DNA of 64,000 bases from Auanema rhodensis (Eukaryota; Animalia; Nematoda): NCBI GenBank assembly GCA_964057225.1, contig OZ059895.1, positions 19,840,001-19,904,000 of the forward strand. Reading direction: 5' to 3'. The notes under the pieces were generated by a model that did no database searches, was not told the origin of the DNA, and worked only from the letters and a program-made list of their open reading frames with translations. The first letter of the stretch is position 1, and every line of letters starts with the position of its first letter. Below are positions 1 to 10,879 of the stretch, piece after piece. A program made the position numbers and the translations under genes.

Positions 1-65
1 AATAACATTGTCCATCGTTTTTGCCTTGAAAGAAAGAATCTGAAAACATCTACTTTCTGCTAAAT

Positions 66-101
66 TATTTTGAAATTTTTCGAAAAAATTTTTGTCAAAA
101 T
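66..101. other. A/T-tract-rich imperfect dyad centred on the palindrome TTTTTCGAAAAA (present in each monomer)
   Basis: Perfect 12-bp palindrome at 76-87, flanked by the complementary ATTTTGA (67-73) and TCAAAAT (95-101). Confidence 0.8.
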
Positions 102-114
102 GTTTTTGGAAGCA

Positions 115-142
115 ATGTTGAGTGTACATGGAAACTCAACAT
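115..142. other. Perfect 9-bp inverted repeat with a 10-nt loop (present in each monomer)
   Basis: ATGTTGAGT (115-123), loop GTACATGGAA, ACTCAACAT (134-142). Confidence 0.9.
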
Positions 143-210
143 ACACTAATGCATCATTTTTCAAACGATCATAACTAATTTTTGTATTGAGCGTTTCGCA
201 ATGTAGTATA

Positions 211-280
211 GTGCATTCGATGCGGATTTTTAAGCTGCGTCGATCTGTGTTTTCAGATTTGCGCTAGCTTAAAAATGCAC
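211..280. other. Long imperfect inverted repeat / potential hairpin or cruciform (present in each monomer)
   Basis: ATTTTTAAGCT (226-236) pairs with AGCTTAAAAAT (266-276). Inner pairs are GCG/CGC and ATCTG (243-247)/CAGAT (254-258). Outer GTGCATT (211-217) is complementary to AATGCAC (274-280). Confidence 0.9.
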
Positions 281-2534
281 CGAGATATCAACTGATATAA
301 GTTCACACTTACATCCTCGATTTTCACCCTGAAGAATTAATTTTTTCGTTGAATAATATTGTCCATCGTTTTTGCCTTGAAAGAAAGAATCTGAAAACAT
401 CTACTTTCTGCTAAATTATTTTGAAATTTTTCGAAAAAATTTTTGTCAAAATGTTTTTGGAAGCAATGTTGAGTGTACATGGAAACTCAACATACACTAA
501 TGCATCATTTTTCAAACGATCATAACTAATTTTTGTATTGAGCGTTTCTCAATGTAGTATAGTGCATTCGATGCGGATTTTTAAGCTGCGTCGATCTGTG
601 TTATCAGATTTGCGCTAGCTTAAAAATGCACCGAGATATCAACTGATATAAGTTCACACTTACATCCTCGATTTTCACCCTGAAGAATTAATTTTTTCGT
701 TGAATAACATTGTCCATCGTTTTTGCCTTGAAAGAAAGAATCTGAAAACATCTACTTTCTGCTAAATTATTTTGAAATTTTTCGAAAAAATTTTTGTCAA
801 AATGTTTTTGGAAGCAATGTTGAGTGTACATGGAAACTCAACATACACTAATGCATCATTTTTCAAACGATCATAACTAATTTTTGTATTGAGCGTTTCT
901 CAATGTAGTATAGTGCATTCGATGCGGATTTTTAAGCTGCGTCGATCTGTGTTATCAGATTTGCGCTAGCTTAAAAATGCACCGAGATATCAACTGATAT
1001 AAGTTCACACTTAGATCCTCGATTTTCACCCTGAAGAATTAATTTTTTCGTTGAATAACAATGTCCATCGTCTTTGCCTTGAAAAAAGGAATCTAAAAAC
1101 ATCTATTTTTTGCTAAATTATTTTGAAATTTTTCGAAAAAATTTTTGTCAAAATGTTTTTGGAAGCAATGTTGAGTGTACATGGAAACTCAACATACACT
1201 AATGCATCATTTTTCAAACGATCATAACTAATTTCTGTATTGAGCGTTTCGCAATGTAGTATAGTGCATTCGATGCGGATTTTTAAGCTGCGTCGATCTG
1301 TGTTTTCAGATTTGCGCTAGCTTAAAAATGCACCGAGATATCAACTGATATAAGTTCACACTTACATCCTCGATTTTCACCCTGAAGAATTAATTTTTTC
1401 GTTGAATAACATTGTCCATCGTTTTTGCCTTGAAAGAAAGAATCTGAAAACATCTACTTTCTGCTAAATTATTTTGAAATTTTTCGAAAAAATTTTTGTC
1501 AAAATGTTTTTGGAAGCAATGTTGAGTGTACATGGAAACTCAACATACACTAATGCATCATTTTTCAAACGATCATAACTAATTTTTGTATTGAGCGTTT
1601 CGCAATGTAGTATAGTGCATTCGATGCGGATTTTTAAGCTGCGTCGATCTGTGTTTTCAGATTTGCGCTAGCTTAAAAATGCACCGAGATATCAACTGAT
1701 ATAAGTTCACACTTACATCCTCGATTTTCACCCTGAAGAATTAATTTTTTCGTTGAATAACATTGTCCATCGTTTTTGCCTTGAAAGAAAGAATCTGAAA
1801 ACATCTACTTTCTGCTAAATTATTTTGAAATTTTTCGAAAAAATTTTTGTCAAAATGTTTTTGGAAGCAATGTTGAGTGTACATGGAAACTCAACATACA
1901 CTAATGCATCATTTTTCAAACGATCATAACTAATTTTTGTATTGAGCGTTTCTCAATGTAGTATAGTGCATTCGATGCGGATTTTTAAGCTGCGTCGATC
2001 TGTGTTATCAGATTTGCGCTAGCTTAAAAATGCACCGAGATATCAACTGATATAAGTTCACACTTAGATCCTCGATTTTCACCCTGAAGAATTAATTTTT
2101 TCGTTGAATAACAATGTCCATCGTCTTTGCCTTGAAAGAAAGAATCTGAAAACATCTACTTTCTGCTAAATTATTTTGAAATTTTTCGAAAAAATTTTTG
2201 TCAAAATGTTTTTGGAAGCAATGTTGAGTGTACATGGAAACTCAACATACACTAATGCATCATTTTTCAAACGATCATAACTAATTTCTGTATTGAGCGT
2301 TTCGCAATGTAGTATAGTGCATTCGATGCGGATTTTTAAGCTGCGTCGATCTGTGTTTTCAGATTTGCGCTAGCTTAAAAATGCACCGAGATATCAACTG
2401 ATATAAGTTCACACTTACATCCTCGATTTTCACCCTGAAGAATTAATTTTTTCGTTGAATAACATTGTCCATCGTTTTTGCCTTGAAAGAAAGAATCTGA
2501 AAACATCTACTTTCTGCTAAATTATTTTGAAATT

Positions 2535-5440
2535 TTTCGAAAAAATTTTTGTCAAAATGTTTTTGGAAGCAATGTTGAGTGTACATGGAAACTCAACATA
2601 CACTAATGCATCATTTTTCAAACGATCATAACTAATTTTTGTATTGAGCGTTTCGCAATGTAGTATAGTGCATTCGATGCGGATTTTTAAGCTGCGTCGA
2701 TCTGTGTTTTCAGATTTGCGCTAGCTTAAAAATGCACCGAGATATCAACTGATATAAGTTCACACTTACATCCTCGATTTTCACCCTGAAGAATTAATTT
2801 TTTCGTTGAATAATATTGTCCATCGTTTTTGCCTTGAAAGAAAGAATCTGAAAACATCTACTTTCTGCTAAATTATTTTGAAATTTTTCGAAAAAATTTT
2901 TGTCAAAATGTTTTTGGAAGCAATGTTGAGTGTACATGGAAACTCAACATACACTAATGCATCATTTTTCAAACGATCATAACTAATTTTTGTATTGAGC
3001 GTTTCTCAATGTAGTATAATGCATTCGATGCGGATTTTTAAGCTGCGTCGATCTGTGTTATCAGATTTGCGCTAGCTTAAAAATGCACAGAGATATCAAC
3101 TGATATAAGTTCACACTTAGATCCTCGATTTTCACCCTGAAGAATTAATTTTTTCGTTGAATAACATTGTCCATCGTTTTTGCCTTGAAAGAAAGAATCT
3201 GAAAACATCTACTTTCTGCTAAATTATTTTGAAATTTTTCGAAAAAATTTTTGTCAAAATGTTTTTGGAAGCAATGTTGAGTGTACATGGAAACTCAACA
3301 TACACTAATGCATCATTTTTCAAACGATCATAACTAATTTCTGTATTGAGCGTTTTTCAATGTAGTATAGTGCATTCGATGCGGATTTTTAAGCTGCGTC
3401 GATCTGTGTTTTCAGATTTACGCTAGCTTAAAAATGCACCGAGATATCAACTGAAATAAGTTCACACTTAGATCCTCGATTTTCACCCTGAAGAATTAAT
3501 TTTTTCGTTGAATAACATTGTCCATCGTTTTTGCTTTGAAAAAAAGAATCTGAAAACATCTACTTTTTGCTAAATTATTTTGAAATTTTTCGAAAAAATT
3601 TTTGTCAAAATGTTTTTGGAAGCAATGTTGAGTGTACATGGAAACTCAACATACACTAATGCATCATTTTTCAAACGATCATAACTAATTTTTGTATTGA
3701 ACGTTTCTCAATGTAGTATAGTGCATTCGATGCGGATTTTTAAGCTGCGTCGATCTGTCTTTTCAGATTTGCGCTAGCTTAAAAATGCACCGAGATATCA
3801 ACTGATATAAGTTCACACTTACATCCTCGATTTTCACCCTGAAGAATTAATTTTTTCGTTGAATAACATTGTCCATCGTTTTTGCCTTGAAAGAAAGAAT
3901 CTGAAAACATCTACTTTCTGCTAAATTATTTAAAAATTTTTCGAAAAAATTTTTGTCAAAATGTTTTTGGAAGCAATGTTGAGTGTACATGGAAACTCAA
4001 CATACACTAATGCATCATTTTTCAAACGATCATAACTAATTTTTGTATTGAGCGTTTCGCAATGTAGTATAGTGCATTCGATGCGGATTTTTAAGCTGCG
4101 TCGATCTGTGTTTTCAGATTTGCGCTAGCTTAAAAATGCACCGAGATATCAACTGATATAAGTTCACACTTACATCCTCGATTTTCACCCTGAAGAATTA
4201 ATTTTTTCGTTGAATAATATTGTCCATCGTTTTTGCCTTGAAAGAAAGAATCTGAAAACATCTACTTTCTGCTAAATTATTTTGAAATTTTTCGAAAAAA
4301 TTTTTGTCAAAATGTTTTTGGAAGCAATGTTGAGTGTACATGGAAACTCAACATACACTAATGCATCATTTTTCAAACGATCATAACTAATTTTTGTATT
4401 GAGCGTTTCTCAATGTAGTATAATGCATTCGATGCGGATTTTTAAGCTGCGTCGATCTGTGTTATCAGATTTGCGCTAGCTTAAAAATGCACAGAGATAT
4501 CAACTGATATAAGTTCACACTTAGATCCTCGATTTTCACCCTGAAGAATTAATTTTTTCGTTGAATAACATTGTCCATCGTTTTTGCCTTGAAAGAAAGA
4601 ATCTGAAAACATCTACTTTCTGCTAAATTATTTTGAAATTTTTCGAAAAAATTTTTGTCAAAATGTTTTTGGAAGCAATGTTGAGTGTACATGGAAACTC
4701 AACATACACTAATGCATCATTTTTCAAACGATCATAACTAATTTCTGTATTGAGCGTTTTTCAATGTAGTATAGTGCATTCGATGCGGATTTTTAAGCTG
4801 CGTCGATCTGTGTTTTCAGATTTACGCTAGCTTAAAAATGCACCGAGATATCAACTGAAATAAGTTCACACTTAGATCCTCGATTTTCACCCTGAAGAAT
4901 TAATTTTTTCGTTGAATAACATTGTCCATCGTTTTTGCTTTGAAAAAAAGAATCTGAAAACATCTACTTTTTGCTAAATTATTTTGAAATTTTTCGAAAA
5001 AATTTTTGTCAAAATGTTTTTGGAAGCAATGTTGAGTGTACATGGAAACTCAACATACACTAATGCATCATTTTTCAAACGATCATAACTAATTTTTGTA
5101 TTGAACGTTTCTCAATGTAGTATAGTGCATTCGATGCGGATTTTTAAGCTGCGTCGATCTGTCTTTTCAGATTTGCGCTAGCTTAAAAATGCACCGAGAT
5201 ATCAACTGATATAAGTTCACACTTACATCCTCGATTTTCACCCTGAAGAATTAATTTTTTCGTTGAATAACATTGTCCATCGTTTTTGCCTTGAAAGAAA
5301 GAATCTGAAAACATCTACTTTCTGCTAAATTATTTAAAAATTTTTCGAAAAAATTTTTGTCAAAATGTTTTTGGAAGCAATGTTGAGTGTACATGGAAAC
5401 TCAACATACACTAATGCATCATTTTTCAAACGATCATAAC
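2535..5440 (+). repeat. 4-mer HOR (1404 bp) x2
   Basis: Rare variants recur at +1404: AATAATATT 2809/4213, GCACAGAG ~3085/4489, CTGTCTTTT ~3755/5159, TATTTAAAAA ~3927/5331. Confidence 0.9.
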
Positions 5441-5669
5441 TAATTTCTGTATTGAGCGTTTCTCAATGTAGTATAGTGCATTCGATGCGGATTTTTAAGC
5501 TGCGTCGATCTGTGTTATCAGATTTGCGCTAGCTTAAAAATGCACCGAGATATCAACTGATATAAGTTCACACTTAGATCCTCGATTTTCACCCTGAAGA
5601 ATTAATTTTTTCGTTGAATAACAATGTCCATCGTCTTTGCCTTGAAAAAAGGAATCTAAAAACATCTAC

Positions 5670-8600
5670 TTTTTGCTAAATTATTTTGAAATTTTTCGAA
5701 AAAATTTTTGTCAAAATGTTTTTGGAAGCAATGTTGAGTGTACATGGAAACTCAACATACACTAATGCATCATTTTTCAAACGATCATAACTAATTTCTG
5801 TATTGAGCGTTTTTCAATGTAGTATAGTGCATTCGATGCGGATTTTTAAGCTGCGTCGATCTGTGTTTTCAGATTTACGCTAGCTTAAAAATGCACCGAG
5901 ATATCAACTGAAATAAGTTCACACTTAGATCCTCGATTTTCACCCTGAAGAATTAATTTTTTCGTTGAATAACAATGTCCATCGTCTTTGCCTTGAAAAA
6001 AGGAATCTAAAAACATCTACTTTTTGCTAAATTATTTTGAAATTTTTCGAAAAAATTTTTGTCAAAATGTTTTTGGAAGCAATGTTGAGTGTACATGGAA
6101 ACTCAACATACACTAATGCATCATTTTTCAAACGATCATAACTAATTTCTGTATTGAGCGTTTCTCAATGTAGTATAGTGCATTCGATGCGGATTTTTAA
6201 GCTGCGTCGATCTGTGTTATCAGATTTGCGCTAGCTTAAAAATGCACCGAGATATCAACTGATATAAGTTCACACTTATATCCTCGATTTTCACCCTGAA
6301 GAATTAATTTTTTCGTTGAATAACATTGTCCATCGTCTTTGCCTTGAAAAAAAAAATCTGAAAACAACTACTTTTTGCTAAATTATTTTGAAATTTTTCG
6401 AAAAAATTTTTGTCAAAATGTTTTTGGAAGCAATGTTGAGTGTACATGGAAACTCAACATACACTAATGCATCATTTTTCAAACGATCATAACTAATTTT
6501 TGTATCAAGCGTTTCTCAATGTAGTATAGTGCATTCGATGCGGATTTTTAAGCTGCGTCGATCTGTGTTATCAGATTTGCGCTAGCTTAAAAATGCACCG
6601 AGATATCAACTGATATAAGTTCACACTTAGATCCTCGATTTTCACCCTGAAGAATTAATTTTTTCGTTGAATAACAATGTCCATCGTCTTTGCCTTGAAA
6701 AAAGGAATCTAAAAACATCTACTTTTTGCTAAATTATTTTGAAATTTTTCGAAAAAATTTTTGTCAAAATGTTTTTGGAAGCAATGTTGAGTGTACATGG
6801 AAACTCAACATACACTAATGCATCATTTTTCAAACGATCATAACTAATTTCTGTATTGAGCGTTTCTCAATGTAGTATAGTGCATTCGATGCGGATTTTT
6901 AAGCTGCGTCGATCTTTGTTTTCAGATTTACGCTAGCTTAAAAATGCACCGAGATATCAACTGAAATAAGTTCACACTTAGATCCTCGATTTTCACCCTG
7001 AAGAATTAATTTTTTCGTTGAATAACATTGTCCATCGTTTTTGCCTTGAAAGAAAGAATCTGAAAACATCTACTTTCTGCTAAATTATTTTGAAATTTTT
7101 CGAAAAAATTTTTGTCAAAATGTTTTTGGAAGCAATGTTGAGTGTACATGGAAACTCAACATACACTAATGCATCATTTTTCAAACGATCATAACTAATT
7201 TTTGTATTAAGCGTTTCTCAATGTAGTATAGTGCATTCGATGCGGATTTTTAAGCTGCGTCGATCTGTGTTTTCAGATTTACGCTAGCTTAAAAATGCAC
7301 CGAGATATCAACTGAAATAAGTTCACACTTAGATCCTCGATTTTCACCCTGAAGAATTAATTTTTTCGTTGAATAACATTGTCCATCGTTTTTGCCTTGA
7401 AAGAAAGAATCTGAAAACATCTACTTTTTGCTAAATTATTTTGAAATTTTTCGAAAAAATTTTTGTCAAAATGTTTTTGGAAGCAATGTTGAGTGTACAT
7501 GGAAACTCAACATACACTAATGCATCAGTTTTCAAACGATCATAACTAATTTTTGTATTGAACGTTTCTCAATGTAGTATAGTGCATTCGATGCGGATTT
7601 TTAAGCTGCGTCGATCTGTGTTATCAGATTTGCGCTAGCTTAAAAATGCACCGAGATATCAACTGATATATGTTCACACTTATATCCTCGATTTTCACCC
7701 TGAAGAAATTATTTTTTCGTTGAATAACATTGTCCATCGTCTTTGCTTTGAAAAAAGGAATCTAAAAACATCTACTTTTTGCTAAATTATTTTGAAATTT
7801 TTCGAAAAAATTTTTGTCAAAATGTTTTTGGAAGCAATGTTGAGTGTACATGGAAACTCAACATACACTAATGCATCATTTTTCAAACGATCATAACTTA
7901 TTTTTGTATTAAGCGTTTCTCAATGTAGTATAGTGCATTCGATGCGGATTTTTAAGCTGCGTCGATCTGTGTTATCAGATTTGCGCTAGCTTAAAAATGC
8001 ACCGAGATATCAACTGATATAAGTTCACACTTATATCCTCGATTTTCACCCTGAAGAATTAATTTTTTCGTTGAATAACATTGTCCATCGTCTTTGCCTT
8101 GAAAAAAAAAATCTGAAAACAACTACTTTTTGCTAAATTATTTTGAAATTTTTCGAAAAAATTTTTGTCAAAATGTTTTTGGAAGCAATGTTGAGTGTAC
8201 ATGGAAACTCAACATACACTAATGCATCATTTTTCAAACGATCATAACTAATTTCTGTATTGAGCGTTTTTCAATGTAGTATAGTGCATTCGATGCGGAT
8301 TTTTAAGCTGCGTCGATCTGTGTTTTCAGATTTACGCTAGCTTAAAAATGCACCGAGATATCAACTGAAATAAGTTCACACTTAGATCCTCGATTTTCAC
8401 CCTGAAGAATTAATTTTTTCGTTGAATAACAATGTCCATCGTCTTTGCCTTGAAAAAAGGAATCTAAAAACATCTACTTTTTGCTAAATTATTTTGAAAT
8501 TTTTCGAAAAAATTTTTGTCAAAATGTTTTTGGAAGCAATGTTGAGTGTACATGGAAACTCAACATACACTAATGCATCATTTTTCAAACGATCATAACT

Positions 8601-10705
8601 AATTTCTGTATTGAGCGTTTCTCAATGTAGTATAGTGCATTCGATGCGGATTTTTAAGCTGCGTCGATCTGTGTTATCAGATTTGCGCTAGCTTAAAAAT
8701 GCACCGAGATATCAACTGATATAAGTTCACACTTATATCCTCGATTTTCACCCTGAAGAATTAATTTTTTCGTTGAATAACATTGTCCATCGTCTTTGCC
8801 TTGAAAAAAAAAATCTGAAAACAACTACTTTTTGCTAAATTATTTTGAAATTTTTCGAAAAAATTTTTGTCAAAATGTTTTTGGAAGCAATGTTGAGTGT
8901 ACATGGAAACTCAACATACACTAATGCATCATTTTTCAAACGATCATAACTAATTTTTGTATCAAGCGTTTCTCAATGTAGTATAGTGCATTCGATGCGG
9001 ATTTTTAAGCTGCGTCGATCTGTGTTATCAGATTTGCGCTAGCTTAAAAATGCACCGAGATATCAACTGATATAAGTTCACACTTAGATCCTCGATTTTC
9101 ACCCTGAAGAATTAATTTTTTCGTTGAATAACAATGTCCATCGTCTTTGCCTTGAAAAAAGGAATCTAAAAACATCTACTTTTTGCTAAATTATTTTGAA
9201 ATTTTTCGAAAAAATTTTTGTCAAAATGTTTTTGGAAGCAATGTTGAGTGTACATGGAAACTCAACATACACTAATGCATCATTTTTCAAACGATCATAA
9301 CTAATTTCTGTATTGAGCGTTTCTCAATGTAGTATAGTGCATTCGATGCGGATTTTTAAGCTGCGTCGATCTTTGTTTTCAGATTTACGCTAGCTTAAAA
9401 ATGCACCGAGATATCAACTGAAATAAGTTCACACTTAGATCCTCGATTTTCACCCTGAAGAATTAATTTTTTCGTTGAATAACATTGTCCATCGTTTTTG
9501 CCTTGAAAGAAAGAATCTGAAAACATCTACTTTCTGCTAAATTATTTTGAAATTTTTCGAAAAAATTTTTGTCAAAATGTTTTTGGAAGCAATGTTGAGT
9601 GTACATGGAAACTCAACATACACTAATGCATCATTTTTCAAACGATCATAACTAATTTTTGTATTAAGCGTTTCTCAATGTAGTATAGTGCATTCGATGC
9701 GGATTTTTAAGCTGCGTCGATCTGTGTTTTCAGATTTACGCTAGCTTAAAAATGCACCGAGATATCAACTGAAATAAGTTCACACTTAGATCCTCGATTT
9801 TCACCCTGAAGAATTAATTTTTTCGTTGAATAACATTGTCCATCGTTTTTGCCTTGAAAGAAAGAATCTGAAAACATCTACTTTTTGCTAAATTATTTTG
9901 AAATTTTTCGAAAAAATTTTTGTCAAAATGTTTTTGGAAGCAATGTTGAGTGTACATGGAAACTCAACATACACTAATGCATCAGTTTTCAAACGATCAT
10001 AACTAATTTTTGTATTGAACGTTTCTCAATGTAGTATAGTGCATTCGATGCGGATTTTTAAGCTGCGTCGATCTGTGTTATCAGATTTGCGCTAGCTTAA
10101 AAATGCACCGAGATATCAACTGATATATGTTCACACTTATATCCTCGATTTTCACCCTGAAGAAATTATTTTTTCGTTGAATAACATTGTCCATCGTCTT
10201 TGCTTTGAAAAAAGGAATCTAAAAACATCTACTTTTTGCTAAATTATTTTGAAATTTTTCGAAAAAATTTTTGTCAAAATGTTTTTGGAAGCAATGTTGA
10301 GTGTACATGGAAACTCAACATACACTAATGCATCATTTTTCAAACGATCATAACTTATTTTTGTATTAAGCGTTTCTCAATGTAGTATAGTGCATTCGAT
10401 GCGGATTTTTAAGCTGCGTCGATCTGTGTTATCAGATTTGCGCTAGCTTAAAAATGCACCGAGATATCAACTGATATAAGTTCACACTTATATCCTCGAT
10501 TTTCACCCTGAAGAATTAATTTTTTCGTTGAATAACATTGTCCATCGTCTTTGCCTTGAAAAAAAAAATCTGAAAACAACTACTTTTTGCTAAATTATTT
10601 TGAAATTTTTCGAAAAAATTTTTGTCAAAATGTTTTTGGAAGCAATGTTGAGTGTACATGGAAACTCAACATACACTAATGCATCATTTTTCAAACGATC
10701 ATAAC
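5670..10705 (+). repeat. 7-mer HOR (2457 bp) x2
   Basis: Variants recur at +2457: GATCTTTG 6911/9368, CATCAGTT ~7523/9980, GAAATTATT ~7705/10162, AACTTATT ~7895/10352, and a long A-run with CAACTA at ~6347/8804 and ~8102/10559. Confidence 0.9.
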
Positions 10706-10879
10706 TAATTTTTGTATCAAGCGTTTCTCAATGTAGTATAGTGCATTCGATGCGGATTTTTAAGCTGCGTCGATCTGTGTTATCAGATTTGCGCTAGCTT
10801 AAAAATGCACCGAGATATCAACTGATATAAGTTCACACTTAGATCCTCGATTTTCACCCTGAAGAATTAATTTTTTCGT

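Larger units (their letters stand above)
1..351 (+). repeat. Representative 351-bp monomer (phase arbitrary)
   Basis: Hand count gives 58 C + 56 G in 351 bp (32.5% GC) and 13 CpG. It carries BstBI (79-84), BsrGI (123-128), NsiI (149-154), NheI (263-268) and EcoRV (284-289) sites. Confidence 0.97.

Noticed and set aside
215-228. CENP-B box (ATTCGATGCGGAT resembles TTCG...CGGG)
   Set aside because: The canonical box is NTTCGNNNNANNCGGGN. Here TTCG and CGG are 3 nt apart rather than 7, and CGGG is absent.
226-276. Rho-independent terminator or bacterial promoter calls for the hairpins and TATA-like words
   Set aside because: There are no genes to regulate, the stems are AT-rich, and such words are expected by chance at 67% AT.
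1-351. 5S rDNA, tRNA, snRNA or spliced-leader tandem gene unit
   Set aside because: No recognisable conserved RNA-gene sequence, cloverleaf or Pol III A/B/C boxes. An Infernal/Rfam scan would confirm this.
1-351. Identity with Drosophila 359-bp (1.688), alpha satellite or telomeric repeats
   Set aside because: Only the length or AT content is similar. I see no sequence match from memory and no short G-rich telomeric motif.
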